A DNA stretch of 64,000 nucleotides from Okamejei kenojei. Its lineage: Eukaryota. Shown here piece by piece: positions 25,455 through 38,539 of the stretch. Numbering within the stretch: position 1 is the stretch's first letter; every line of letters starts with the position of its first letter. The translations under genes and the position numbers were made by a program. The stretch is taken from the NCBI GenBank assembly GCA_035221665.1, contig CM069148.1, forward strand, positions 11,346,001 through 11,410,000. The letters run 5' to 3'. The notes beneath the pieces are model-generated. The model saw nothing but the letters and a program-made list of their open reading frames with translations, was not told where the DNA came from and made no database searches.

Positions 25455-26320
25455 CTAGACTAAGTGGGAGCCGTTGGGTCCCTGTCACACGGAAGGCCTG
25501 GTCCCCCAACGCAACCCGTTCCCCAACGCAATATACCACCACTCACCTGTTCCCCAACGCCACTCGTTCCCCCAACGCAGTATTCCACCACTCACGCCTA
25601 TCCTCCTCCCATCAAATCCACCCCTCCCTGTCCCTCTACTCCCCCCCTCTATCCCACCATGCCGATCACCCCGGACCCCTTCTATCCACCTCCATTCCCC
25701 CCTGCACTCCACTACCTCTCTACCACACTCCCTCCCTCTCCCTCCCTCTCCCTTATCGCTCTATCCCTGCCCTCATCCCTCCCTCATTCCACTCTCCCCC
25801 CTCACTCATCCCACTCTCCCTCCCTCATCCCTCTCTCTCCCCCATGCTGTGGGCCAGGCTGCGGCGCTCCCTCTCTCCGTGTAGTGGTATGGCCCCCGAT
25901 GAGCTGGTACACCTTGACCCAGGCCCCGGGCTTGGGCACGACACCAGCCCTCAGCTCGGCCGCCGCCTGGGCTCCAGTCCAGTCCCCGACCATCTCCGGG
26001 CTCGTCCCTGACCCAGTACCCAGGCTCGTTCTTGGTTCCTGCCTAGGCCCAGTTCCCGGGCTCGTCCTTGGCTCTAGTTCGGGCCCAGTCACCAGGCTCA
26101 GCCTGCGGCGCCACCTTCCCCACCAGGTACTGTGCGGCCGCCACTCCTCGGGCTTTTACAATATACCATCGATCGGAATTAAACGTGTTGCACTCGCAGC
26201 ACGGGAGAATGGTGAGTAAGCTGGTGAAAAATCATAGTGCTATCGCGTACCGTTTTTGCACAAATAGAAAAACCACGCAATCAGGAAGAGCACAAGATCA
26301 GAGTTTTATTTATGTATAGA
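25455..26320 (-). mobile_element. Non-autonomous Helitron (866 bp)
   Basis: Minus strand starts TC(TATAC) and ends CTAG; hairpin gggaccc-aac-ggctccc lies 11 nt before the 3' end; inserted between host A and T with no TSD. Confidence 0.82.
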
Positions 26321-26489
26321 TATTTTTCAAGGAACTTTATTTGAACAATTTTGTCCAAATAAGTATTTCAACAGAGGAAATACCAAAAGTATTATATGTT
26401 TCTCACAGATTAAGATAAAATCTCTCAAAATATGACAACTTTCCAGTAACCAACTAGTAATTAATTCTGCACAACCCCGCGTTAGAACA

Positions 26490-26745
26490 AAGAGCAATGC
26501 AGCAGAGAAACTGGCCCTTTGGCCCACAATGTCCTTGACAAATATGATTTCAAGGTAGACTAATTGCACGTGATTCATATCCCAGAATACTCTACATATC
26601 CATGTGGCTATCTAAAAGCCTCTTAAACCTTTTATATCTGCCTCCACTACCACTTCTGGCAGTATGTTCCAGGTACCAACCACCATAGTGTAAAAAAACA
26701 GCCCCGCACATCTCCTTTAAACTTGGCCCTCTCATCTTTAACCTT
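26490..26745 (-). mobile_element. CR1 3' end fragment
   Basis: ggccctttggcccacaatgtc..ctatctaaaagcctcttaa..ccccgcacatctcctttaaac. Confidence 0.85.
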
Positions 26746-26869
26746 TCATTACTGATTCCACTATACTCCTAAAGTACAAAACCTGCCTTATAATATGCAT
26801 AATAGTATCATCTTGGTAATTCACCTTCTAATAATGACTGGCTCGTTATTAGAAAATTCCATTTGACCT

Positions 26870-27196
26870 GTTAAAATGTTAAAAATGTTAAATGGCCAGC
26901 TCGACATAGATTGCAAAACCTACACCAAACCCAAACCAATTAGGAGCAGACGAGGGCATTCGATCCAATTGAGGTACCAACTACCAAGACAGATGTGTAC
27001 AGCAATTCATTCTTCCCCTGCACAATTAAAGCATGGAATAGTATTCACCCTACCATAGTTACCCAACCAGATGCAACTAAATTTAAGGTTGCTCTTTCTT
27101 CCCAAGAACCCTTTCTGGCTTACGTCATCCCTCCACCACCTCCAGTTTAAATTCCATTTGGAATATTTTGGAGGACCAGGAAACCAAGAACCAAAG
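26870..27196 (+). mobile_element. Divergent CR1-group LINE 3' end with (AACCAAG)n tail
   Basis: Frameshifted KMLNGQLDID..RSRRGHSIQ / TDVYSNSFFPCTIKAWNS..ATKFK, then gaaaccaagaaccaaag. Confidence 0.75.
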
Positions 27197-30049
27197 CTCC
27201 CCACTATCCATATCGATTCCTATTTTACAAAGCTGATCACATAGTGATCATAATTAACTGAAGCATAATTTATTTTAAAATAAAAGTGAGAAATCTTTTT
27301 AACCAGCAATTGCTTACAATATTAAACTGACAAATACAAACAGTAATTGAGGTGATTATCAATGGCACGTTGCGAGAAAGCAGATGTACACAGGAGGTAA
27401 ACGATGAAAAGGATGTTTCTTAGAATTACTTTACGATAGCAAATGTATTGGTTTAGGCCAGTTGGACAGAAAGTAATTTCTGGGTATACATTTTATGTAA
27501 TGTCAATCAATAAATTATAACAAAAGAAATGTACACATTGCACAAGACTCTATACATAGATACAGTTAGAAGACTTAACTTGCAAACCTTAGTGAAAAAG
27601 AAACATTTTAAGAAATTAATTTTACAGGTAATGTTGCCAATAATGTAAAATTTACTCTTTCAGCTGCTCAGTTCATTTTAATTATAACTGAAATTTTTGT
27701 TATAAAATTACAGTCACACTTTATTTTGAGTAAACTGTCAACTGATAAAACGACAGCAAGCAGCTTGGTATCCTGGTAACGAACAAGTCTTATGCTGTTC
27801 CACTATGCTGTTTCCAAGCAGTTCCCCAAAGCAGAGCATCAAGAACATGACAAATAGAGTCAATATCTTTTCGTAGATCACATTAGAAATATTTTTAGCT
27901 GATTGACCTGTTTTTGGTTTAAGATGGAGCCATAATGATAATCTATGTCCATACCAATCTGAGGTGTAATCAAGACACTTTTTAGTTACCTTTACACAGC
28001 TTATAAATAAAATGGTTCCAATATTTTCAGAGTCCAAATCATGTAATAGAAAACAATCTGTATTTACAAACTCAATTTAAGGGGCAGAATGGTCAACAAA
28101 CATGCAGATGGTTGCAAATCCTGTGCAAAAGGACCAGTCGTCAAGGGGCAATGATCAATGTAATTGCCAAAAAAAAAGAAAATAAATTGTTTTTAATGCA
28201 TGAGATCCCATTATGTTAGAACCAGATCACTGCAAGGCATCATGATTGTATTATGAATGCATTATGTATCAAGTAGCATTTGTGTAACATTAAACCACTG
28301 GCAGGTAAAACAAAGAGCACTGCAATTTATGGCTAAACATTTGCTTGTATGGTATGATTTCCCTTGATAGAATACAAAACAAAGTTTTGCAAACTGTCTG
28401 TACTTGTGCAAGGTTGACCTATCTATACTTGTACAATGTGTCGACCATTCCAACAAATTTAGGATGGATCTTCAGTAGTGCTGATTTAACTCATCTCAGC
28501 TGGGACACCCCAATTATCCTCAGCGTCTTCAGATTAGGCACATGCTTTATCACTATTCAATGACTCAATGCTTCAGGTTCGTAAGGGTGAAACTTGGCTG
28601 AGGTCAGGGCTCCACTATAGAGGCCTCTATGGTCAAAATTCCTGTAAAATTTCTGTGCAGGGGCCACACATATAAAAAGAAAACTTGGAAAAGGAGTGCA
28701 AAGAGACAGAAATTTGTAGAGTAATGCTCCACCAGGGAATTAGCAGTTTCTTATAGAAAAAATAGCAAAAAGAAAGCTCTCAAGTAGTTTTAGTGACAAT
28801 TGGAATTAATTTTAATACAAGATTTCTTCCTGAAAATACTTGTTTCAATGAGAAAGTACTTGTGACATTTAAGACCAAATGGCTTGGAGGAGTCACTGTT
28901 TTCAACAATACAAGAAAGCTCAAACAAGAGAGTTAAAATGACACGGTTACTGAAGCATCGTGAATTAATTACTGCATTTCTACAGATTTAATTCAGCTAG
29001 CTCGCTGTTTGGCATGGTAGCTCCTCCCATCTAATTCTCCCAATTATGTTCTTAACATTCTTTAAATAAAACTTACAAAAACAGCACAAAAAAAGTCAAA
29101 TTTAATGAAGTTAATCAGAGTTCACATATGGTTTGACCTTTAAATGGTGACAAGATTACGCTTTTATGATCCAACCATTAACATGAATGTATAAGCCACC
29201 ATTACAAAATTGTACATCTTTTTCCATCTACTGTCCAACTTTTAATTACTGATTAGATGAATAATTTCAATGCAAACTGAAACATATGTACTCTTTCTTT
29301 CTTCACAGATGATGCCTGCCTTGGTGAGCCTTTTCCATTTTTTTTCTCCGTTTAAACTCATCAAGCAGGACTTTGTTTATGATAGAAAAATATCCTTATC
29401 TGTTTTTTTACAGATAACTGCAGCAAAATTCTATGTTTTAATGACAGTCAATGTCAGAAAGTTTGGTAAATATCATTGCATGTAATGCAATCTGAGGAAG
29501 TTTGGGTGGCTGAATACAGAAAGTTCTTGATATTATTAATGCTGTAGGGAGACCGGAAATCTTGTTGGCAAGAATATATTGGAAATTGATAAAAAAGAGA
29601 TGAGAAAGGATGAAGCAGATTGCAATCAGTCATACCAGTTCCTTAAAGCTGTGCTATACCTTATCAATTTGATTTCATCCAGTTGCCAGATGTTTTGAAC
29701 CATGCTCAGAGAAATTAGCAATGAACTCCATGAACATTTGAGAATCAACCCAATTAAAATTTGAAACCTATCTCCATAAAGGTGGTTGGCCACTGCGACC
29801 AATCCCATGAGGATCTTCTTTATATACATTGCTAAGAAATATTGGGGCTATGCACGTAAGGCATTTGGGGTCAGGATTTTTTATTTTGAAATGTCAGCAT
29901 CCATTCCCTGTATTTGTAGAGAAGGGAGTGGACATTAAAATGTTTCTTTAGGTTAGTCTGATGTTCCAACATGATGAATGATGTTCAAAAATATGCCAAG
30001 TCGAACAGCGGAATAGAAAATAGCATCTAATGTTTAAAACTGTACTTGA

Positions 30050-30205
30050 TAAGTTCATAAATAAGTTCTAGGAGCAGAATTAGGCCATTCGGCCCATGAA
30101 GTCTACTCCACTATTCAATCATGCTAACTTGTCCTCTCAACCCCATTCTCCTGCCTTCTCCCCATAATCCTTGACACCCATACTAATCAAGAATCTGTCA
30201 ATCAA
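30050..30205 (-). mobile_element. CR1 3' tail
   Basis: ggagcagaattaggccattcggccc..cctgccttctccccataa. Confidence 0.85.
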
Positions 30206-30710
30206 TGGTGATTAATTAATGGGTAATTTCTTGATGATAATTAAAAATACACCTTCCCATCAGTGCTATCAAAAATACAGAGAAACATTCTTATTACACA
30301 TTCTTATTTTGTTTACATTCTCTTTTCCAAATTCGTCAGGTCATCCAGCACAGATTTTGTTTTTTGCACAATAACCTCATCATTGTATGATGGTTGCTTG
30401 TTTGGCATCCAAGTTTTGGATTAGTCATAATTTCTCCACTTAAACAGTTTATGGCTGAAATCTCTCATAAAACTTTGTTTCCTTTAAACCCATTCCCCTC
30501 CATGTCCTGCCTCAGGGTGAACCAGACTATTTACAAATGAGTTGAGTTCTGCACCAAACGCCACAGTTCTCCATTTGCTAAGACTGCTGTTTCTATCACT
30601 GTAATATGCCTGCATCCTTTTTTGTGGAGAAGAGCACAGTTAAGGCCAATTTTACATCGCCATCAAGTAATCAAAGGGAATGCAGAAGAAAAGTCTTTGC
30701 TCAGTACTGG

Positions 30711-31280
30711 GTCGGTATGTCAAGGAGGACTCACTCGAACTTCTAAAGGTGCACAGTAGAGAGCATGTTGACCGGTTGCATCGTGGCTTGGTTCAGCAAC
30801 TTGAGTGTCCAGGAGCGGAAAAGACTGCAAAAAGTTGTCAACACTGCCCACCCAGTCCATCATCGGCTCTGACCTCCCTACCATCGAGGGGATCCATCGC
30901 AGTCGCTGCCTCAAAAAGGCTGCCAGCATCATCAAGGATCCACACCATCCTGGCCACTCACTCATCTCCCCACCGCCTTCAGGTAGAAGGTACAGGAGCC
31001 TGAAATCTACAACATCCAGGTTCAGGAATAGCTCTTCCCCACAGCCATCAGGCTATTAAACTCAACTCAAACAAAACTCTGATCATTAATAGCCCATTGC
31101 ACTTTATCTGTTTATTTATGTGTGTGTATATATATATTCATTGGTATATGGTCACACTGATCTGTTCTGTTCTGTATTTATTTATGCCTATTATATTCTG
31201 TTGAGTTGATGCAAAGCAAGAATTTCATTGTCCTATCTGGGGCACATGACAATAAACTCTCTTGAATCTTGAATCTTGAA
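30711..31280 (+). mobile_element. Rex1/Babar LINE, 5'-truncated
   Basis: RCLKKAASIIKDPHHPGHSL..PSGRRYRSLKSTTSRFRNS motif; tail aataaa-ctct(cttgaat)n. Confidence 0.92.
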
Positions 31281-32784
31281 ATTTACTACTTGAGAAACTA
31301 CTGAGAGAAACAGCCTGGTATGTTTAAGGATAAACTAAATTAAGAAGATACACATAGATGTTGTGAGAGGAAGGGCATATGAGTGGGCATGACTACAAGC
31401 TTGAACTTGTTGAGCAGAATTGGATATTTCTCTACATACTACATAAACATGTTTAAAATTAATAATGACAAATAATATTAGCAGGTTATGAAGGTGTTAG
31501 GTGAAGGAATTCCAAAATTAGCAGTACTGATCTAGGAAATACCAGCAATGTATAAAACATAAAAGTTATTTATTCACAGATTTCTTTGATATTTTGTGCT
31601 ATGTGATACTTACACCACTTTGGGATTCAAGTAGTTCTAAGCCCTTTTTTTTTTTTTAAATCCAGCCTAAAAGTAGAAGTGTTAGAGTTGATTTAATCTC
31701 ATTGGCAAATGCTTTTGGAGTTTGGATGAAATTGTCAATATGACTATTACCAACTTCATGCTACGAAGCAATCTTTTGGATGGCTATGCAATGTAAATGG
31801 AACAATTTTAAAAGCCTGTCGGTAGTACAAAGTCAAATTATACCGACTGTATGTGAGAGAGGGAAATGTGTTTGAATTTGTTTCAAATTTCATAAAAATA
31901 CATAGTTCATAAAAATATATATCTCAGTTCAAAATGACTTGCATAATTACAAATATTTAATATATTCCATTACATATCTGCCTTACCTTTCAACAAAGAT
32001 ATTCAGCAATACCACCATACTAAATAATTAACAGTTGTTTAACAAAATCTTCATATTGCTGTTACAAATAATTAACTAACGTTTAATAAAAGCTGCTGTA
32101 ACACTGCAATAATCAGTTAACAATATTCCTTAAATACAAACAACTGCAACATTTGCTAATTGTTCATAGGTCAACAGTTGTGCTGAAAATTGATCATGGA
32201 AGCTCCTTTATAAATATTTAATAACCAACAATTAAGCTGTTAATCACTTGTAGCTACAGTGCAATTAAATGTATAATGCTTGCTCAGAGTTTCGCACTTA
32301 AAATTGAAGTGTTTCTACTTGGAGCTACCCTGAGGTTAGAAATATTGGAGGTTACTGACCAGTTTCGAGATTGCAATGGCAAAGATCTGATGCCATAAAA
32401 TCGTTATGCCCTTACATTGCCAGAAAGCTTTGGCAGATACATGTTATAAACATTTACTGGTATAATTGACGTTTTGTAAGCCTGGCCATCTCCAAAGCAT
32501 TACATCTGGCTACCAGGTAAGAGGATCGGAAAGAGAAGGTGTTGGATTGGAAATATAATTCACAACTAAAGTTTTAGATTTTTTGCCCTCGTTTTCAATG
32601 CGAGTCGCCTGCAATGGAAACACACTTGTAGATTGCATGTGAAAGAATTATTTGGCCATAACTCCCAAAGAAAACCATTGTCACATTAACTTGAAATGGA
32701 GATAAAAACACTCCAAAATCACACGTGTATAATAGTTCAGAGAACATTTCTAAAACTATTCTTCAGGACATTTGCACGGGGCAT

Positions 32785-33313
32785 TTAGAAAATATTAACA
32801 GGATTAGAAAAAATCAACATGGATTAATGAAAGATAAATTTGATTTGAAAATCTACTAGATATTTTGTGGATGCATCAGCAACAATAGATAAGGGAGAAC
32901 TGCTGGATGTGATGTGTTTGTATTTTCATGAGATTCTTTTCTAAAGTTCCAAATTAGAAGTTAAGAGCGCAAAATGCAAACACAGGGAATTGAGGAGCGA
33001 AATACCAGCATGGATTGCTAACAGACAGTATTGATGGATGGGTCTTTCTCAGGGTGGCAGGAGTGGCCAATTGGTACCGCTTAAGCTGTATCTATTCATA
33101 CCATACATCAATGATTTAGTTGAGGGAACGGAACATAATATTTTGAAGTTTGCTGAAGACATGAAATTGACTTGGGTTGTGAGATGTCAGTAGGATGCAG
33201 AGGCTTGAAGGTGATGCACACAAGTTGATTGAACGGGCAAATACATGGCAGAGGCAGTATAACATGGAAAAATGTGAAGTTATCCACTTCCGTAAGGCAG
33301 ACAAGCAGAGAAT
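32785..33313 (+). mobile_element. Old CR1, left part (continues at 36035-36690)
   Basis: MQRLEGD..ANTWQRQYNMEKCEVIHF. Confidence 0.8.
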
Positions 33314-33314
33314 T

Positions 33315-36033
33315 AGTCATAGAGTGATACAGTGCGGCAAAACAGGACCTTCGGCCCAACACGCCCATACCAGCCAACAATGTCCCAGCTACACTAGTCT
33401 CACTTGCCCTCGCTTGGTCCATATCCCTCCAAACCTGTCCTATCCATGTACCTGTCTAAATGTTTCTTAAACAATGGGATAGTCCCAGCCTCAACTAACT
33501 CCACTGGCAGCTTGTTCCATACACTCACCACCCTTTGTGTGAAAAAGTTACCCCTCGGATTCCTAATCTTTTCCCCGTCACCTTGAACCTATGTCATCTT
33601 GCCTCGATTCCCCCACTCTGGGCAAAAGACTCTGTGCATCTACCCGATCTATTCCTCTCAAGATTTTGTATACCTCTATAAGGTCTCCCCTCATCCTCCT
33701 GCGATCAATGGAATGGAGACCCAGCCTACTCAACCTCTCCCTATAGCTCACACTGTCTAATCCTGGCAACATCCTCGTAAATCTTTTTTGAACCCTTTCA
33801 AGCTTGACAATATCTTTCCTATAACATGGTGCCCAGAACTGAACACAAGATTATAAATGCGGTCTCACCAATGTCTTAAACAACTGCAACATGACCACCC
33901 AACTTCTATACTCAACACTCTGACTGATGAAGGCCAAAATGCCAAAAGCCTTTTTGACCACCTTAATGACCTGCGACTCGACCTTCAAGGAGCCATGGAC
34001 CTGTACTCCTAGATCCCTCTGCTCTACAACATTACCCAGGGGCCTACCATTGACTGTGTAGGTCTTGCCCTTGTTCGACGTCACAAAATGCAACACCTCA
34101 CACTTTTCTGTATTAAATTTCATCAACCATTCCTCTGTCCACCTGGCCAATCGATCCAGATCCTGCTGCAATCTTTCACAACCATCTTCACTATGTGCAA
34201 AGCCACTAACTTTTGTACCATCAGCAAACTTGCTAATCTTGCCCTGTATGTTCTCATCCAAATCATTGATGTAGATGACAAACAGTAACGGGCTCAGCAC
34301 CGAACCCTGAGGCACACCACGAGTCACAGGCCTCCAGTCAGAGAAGCAACCTTCCACCATCACCCTCTGCTTCCTTCCATGGAGCCAATTTGCTATCCAT
34401 TCCGCTATCTCTCCTTGGATCCCATGTGATCTAACCTTCCAGAGAAGCCTCATGCGGAACCTTGTCGAACGCCTCTCTGAAGTCCATGTACACAACATCT
34501 ACAGCTCTGCCCTTAATCAACCATTTTGGTCGCGTATTCAAAAAAAATTAATTAGATTTGTGAGACACGACCTCCCATGTACAAAACCATGCTGACTATC
34601 CCTAATCAACTCTTGGCCATCTAAATGGCTGTATAACCTATTGCACAGATACTCTCTGGTACCTTCCAACTACATATTTTAAGCTCACCGGCCTATAGTT
34701 CCCAGCATTTCCCTGCAGCCCTTCTTGAAAAGAGGTACAACATTTGCCACCGTCTTTCGGCACCTTTCCTGTATTTAAGGACGACTCGTAAATTTCGAAC
34801 AGAGCTCCCGCAGTTTATTCTCTAGTTTCCCGCTATGTCCTCGGATATATCTGATCAGGCCCTGGAGATTTGTCTACATTCAAACACGACAGTACCTTCA
34901 GTACTTCTTCAACAGTAACCCTGACTGCTCTCAAGACACCTCCAGTGACTGCTCCAATTTCCTCCGTCTTACTGTCTTTCTCCACAGTAAATACAGAGGA
35001 GAAATACTAATTTAGGACATTGCCAATCTCCTGTGGCTCCACACAGAGGTGACCGCTTTAATTCCTGAGAGGTCCCACTCTGTCTCAAGTAATCCTTTTC
35101 CCCCTTATGTATTTATAAAATCTTTTGGGATTGTCCTTAATGCTCCGCGCCAGAGCTATCTCCTGGCCCCTTTTTGCCCTTCTGAGTTCCTTTTATAGTT
35201 TACTCCTTAGTTCCCAAAACTCCTCCAGTGATGCACTTGAACCCAGCTGTCTATACCTGTCCAATGCATTCTTCTTGTTTTTGACTAACTTCTCAATTTC
35301 CCTCGTCAGCCAGGCTTCCTTACTTTTTGCCTGCTTTGCCCTTCACTCCAACAGGAACGTACACATCCTGAACTTTCTTCAGTACACTTTTAAAAACATC
35401 CCACTTGGCCGATGTTCCATTCCCCTCAAATAACCTGCTCCAGTCAACTTGAGCGTGACCTTCTCTCATACTTTCAAAGTTGGTCTTACCCCAGTTGAGC
35501 ATTTTAACACGTGGACTCTCTCCAACCCTATCCATAACTTTCTTAAACCTAATCGAACTGTGATCACTGGTTGCAAAAGGTTCCTCCACACACACTTCAT
35601 TAATTTGCCTTTCCCAATTTCCCAATACTAGATCCAGCATTTCCTCTCATGTGTGGGGGCCTCCACATTCTGCTTAAGAAAACTCTCCTGAACACTTTTG
35701 AGGAATTGTACCCCATCTAAACCTTTCATGCTATGATTTCCCCAGTCTATATAGGGAAAGTTAAAATCCCCTACTACAACAATCTTATTTGACCTGCAGC
35801 TGTCCGCAATCTCCCGGAACATTTGTTCCTCTAATTCCCGTTGACTATTCAGGAGTAGTACACCCACAACAAGGTGATCATCCCTTTCTTGTTCCTTAGC
35901 TCCACCCATATAGCTTCACTAGATGAACCGTCCATAATGTCACCTCTGAACACAACCATGACATCCTCCAATGCAACCACCCTCCCCCTCCTCTTTTTCC
36001 CTCACCCCTGTCTCTCCTGAAGCTCCAGTATCC
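33315..36033 (-). mobile_element. CR1 (HER1-like) LINE, about 2.7 kb, endonuclease through RT and 3' UTR, frameshifted
   Basis: ORFs with VVVGDFNFP (APE endonuclease), [28 protein letters not shown] and KFADGTK. Confidence 0.96.
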
Positions 36034-36034
36034 T

Positions 36035-36690
36035 GTTTAAATAGTGAAAGAATGGGAACCTCACATGAGAAATACTTAATATGTCCTTGTATATCAGTCA
36101 CTGAATGCAAACATGCAGATGAAGCAGACAGTTAAGATATCAAATGGAACTTAGGCCTTTAGATTACAGGATCAAGGATAATTTACTGCAAATATACGTC
36201 AAAGGTGAGAACACACATGGACTATTTGGCACATTTCTGGTCTCCATACAGGTAGTTTACTAGATTGATTCCTGCAACATCAGGACTTTCTTAAGAGTGG
36301 GGCTGTCTTGTGAGGTGGGATTAGCCGACTAGTTATGTATTCGCTGGAAATTAGAAAAATGAGAGGATATTTCATTGAAAAGTTCAAATTCCTGACACGA
36401 CTTGACAGTCTTGATTCAAGGAGGATGCTTTCCCCAACAGAAATGGTCGCACCAAGGCGCATAGGATATGGGGCAAGACATTAAAGAATGAGATGGAGAA
36501 ATTATTTATTCACAAGATGAGCCACCTGTTGAATTCTGAACCAATGAGGGCTGAATATATTTACAATGATGATAAATAGTTTTCTGGACACAAAAGGTGT
36601 CAAGCAATATGGGGAAAGAGCAGGAATGAGGCACTGAGAAAGAGGATGAAGCATGATCGTGCTGAATGGTAGAGCATGTTCAAAGGACGC
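36035..36690 (+). mobile_element. Old CR1, right part
   Basis: Resumes the CR1 sequence (tttaaatagtgaaaga..cagtcactgaa) where 33313 stops; ends in a CR1 3' UTR. Confidence 0.75.
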
Positions 36691-37844
36691 GTAGGTTTCA
36701 GCTTACTTTATCTTGGGTATTTTGAAAGGGACAAAAGTGTTGACCATCACTACTTCATCTTATCATGGTTTTTCATATAATTATTTAAACTATGTGTGAT
36801 CAGAATTAAATACACTTATGTTTGAGTTTTATTCCTAGACAGGAACAACTTTCCATTGTTTAACTATTTTTAAACTTCCCCCCACAAATATTTATTTGTG
36901 TTACTTGCAATTTTAATAAGATGTATTCTGCTTATGATGCATCATTCTTTACACCAGAGAGCCTAAACACACATTGAAGGACACCTTGACTTAATGTTTC
37001 AGATGTGATATGAGATATCCCACTCCCAGCATGATCTTTCAGACATTGAAAGAACTTGTACCTTTCGTATTGTTCGTGCGACTCAATCTATTGCTATTGT
37101 CCAACAGACATTAGCCTCCCAAATAATTTTAATACAGCTCAAGGAATCTCACTAAACAGCCCTTCATCTTTTGTTAAAGGAGTGCAAGGCCTTCTAAAAA
37201 TGAGAGGAACATTTTAAGATGACTGTCATATTTAGCTTTCTCTTTATTGGGCTCAAATTATATTTAAACCTCCCATTCTCACATTGTCCTTTGCCTTGCC
37301 AGATTATCCTCTTATTACATTCCACTCTCTCAGAGATCATCCCTTTTGGTTTTACCTCACTTTCTACGGCTACATTTCCATTTTTTAAGTTTTATACATT
37401 TATATAATCCCCCTATTCTTTGGGGGAATTATAAAACAAACACCCATTCACCTGTAATAAGATATAAAGCAATTTAGCATTTACTCAAATGTCCCCTGCC
37501 CCTAATTTAAAGTTGACGGATTTGAGACGGACTTTAGGGACAGAAAGCTTCATTGTCCTGTCCAATTTCACTTTCAACTCGCTAAAAAACTATTAATTGG
37601 ACATTCCTGTTTTTGGAACCAGCACAGAAGCAAGTTGATTGTTCTCTTCCTATACATAAAGAATCACAGCAATAGTCATGTGCTGTAAAATGATTTGGGT
37701 CACATGGACATTGCAAAAGGTACAAGTTCTTTGTTTTTTTATATATTCCTCATTGTTGTGGTGCAAAGATCAATGGCAAATTCAATTACGTCCTTTTTTT
37801 TAAAGAAATTGGATCTGAAGCCCTAAGCCTTGCACCTGGTTAGA

Positions 37845-37910
37845 TGTAGATGTGTGTGTGCATATATATAAATGCATGTAGATATATATATATGTATGTA
37901 GATATATATG
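37845..37910. repeat. Imperfect (TG)/(TA) microsatellite
   Basis: tgtgtgtgtgcatatatata..gatatatatatatgtatgtagatatatatg. Confidence 0.8.
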
Positions 37911-38214
37911 CTCCACAACTAAATGCAAACACAAAAAAATAGCATTAGCCATGCAGCCTCTCACCCGGCCCTACTAGTCACTGATGAACTATTACATCAA
38001 CTTCAATTTACTGCCCTAATCCCATCTGTACCGTTAATATTAAGGCTTATGTATACTAATCAACTGAGTAAGTTCTACTTGAAGAACCAGAGCCACATGA
38101 GTCAAAAACACCTTCAGAAAATTAGAGGGAATGGTGCATAGGGTGAAAGATGAAAAGTGGGCCAAAGGGCATGTTTCCATGCTGTATCTTTATATTTCAC
38201 ATGCAACTGCACAA

Positions 38215-38350
38215 GATGGGTGCTGGAGAAACTCAGTGAGTCAGGCAACATCTGTTGTGGGAATGCCTAGATGTTTCAGGTGAAGAAGGGTCCCGACCTG
38301 CCCATTTCCTAATGTTCCCACACATGCTGCCTCCAGCTATTTGTGTTTTG
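38215..38350. mobile_element. PLE pLTR-derived fold-back remnant
   Basis: tgctggagaaactcagtgagtcaggcaacatctg..tgaagaagggtcccgacctg. Confidence 0.7.
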
Positions 38351-38539
38351 CTCTTTCTTCCTTGTACTGCTTTGGTAAATTCCATCTACACCCTACAGAA
38401 AATCATAATAGTCTTCCACAGCATCCCTTGTTTGATGCTTATAATTTAATGCACCTCCAGCTGAGGTTCTTCTAATCACTGTTTTATAAAGCCTTGGCTT
38501 CCTTGCCTTTTCATTGTCTCTCTACATTAAAAATGCTTT

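Noticed and set aside
25464-26219. 251-aa proline-rich ORF
   Set aside because: Stop-poor C-rich low-complexity sequence inside a Helitron; starts at GTG; no domain recognised.
36900-37740. Possible DeuSINE/SacSINE1 remnants
   Set aside because: Only short, weak resemblance; boundaries cannot be supported without an alignment.
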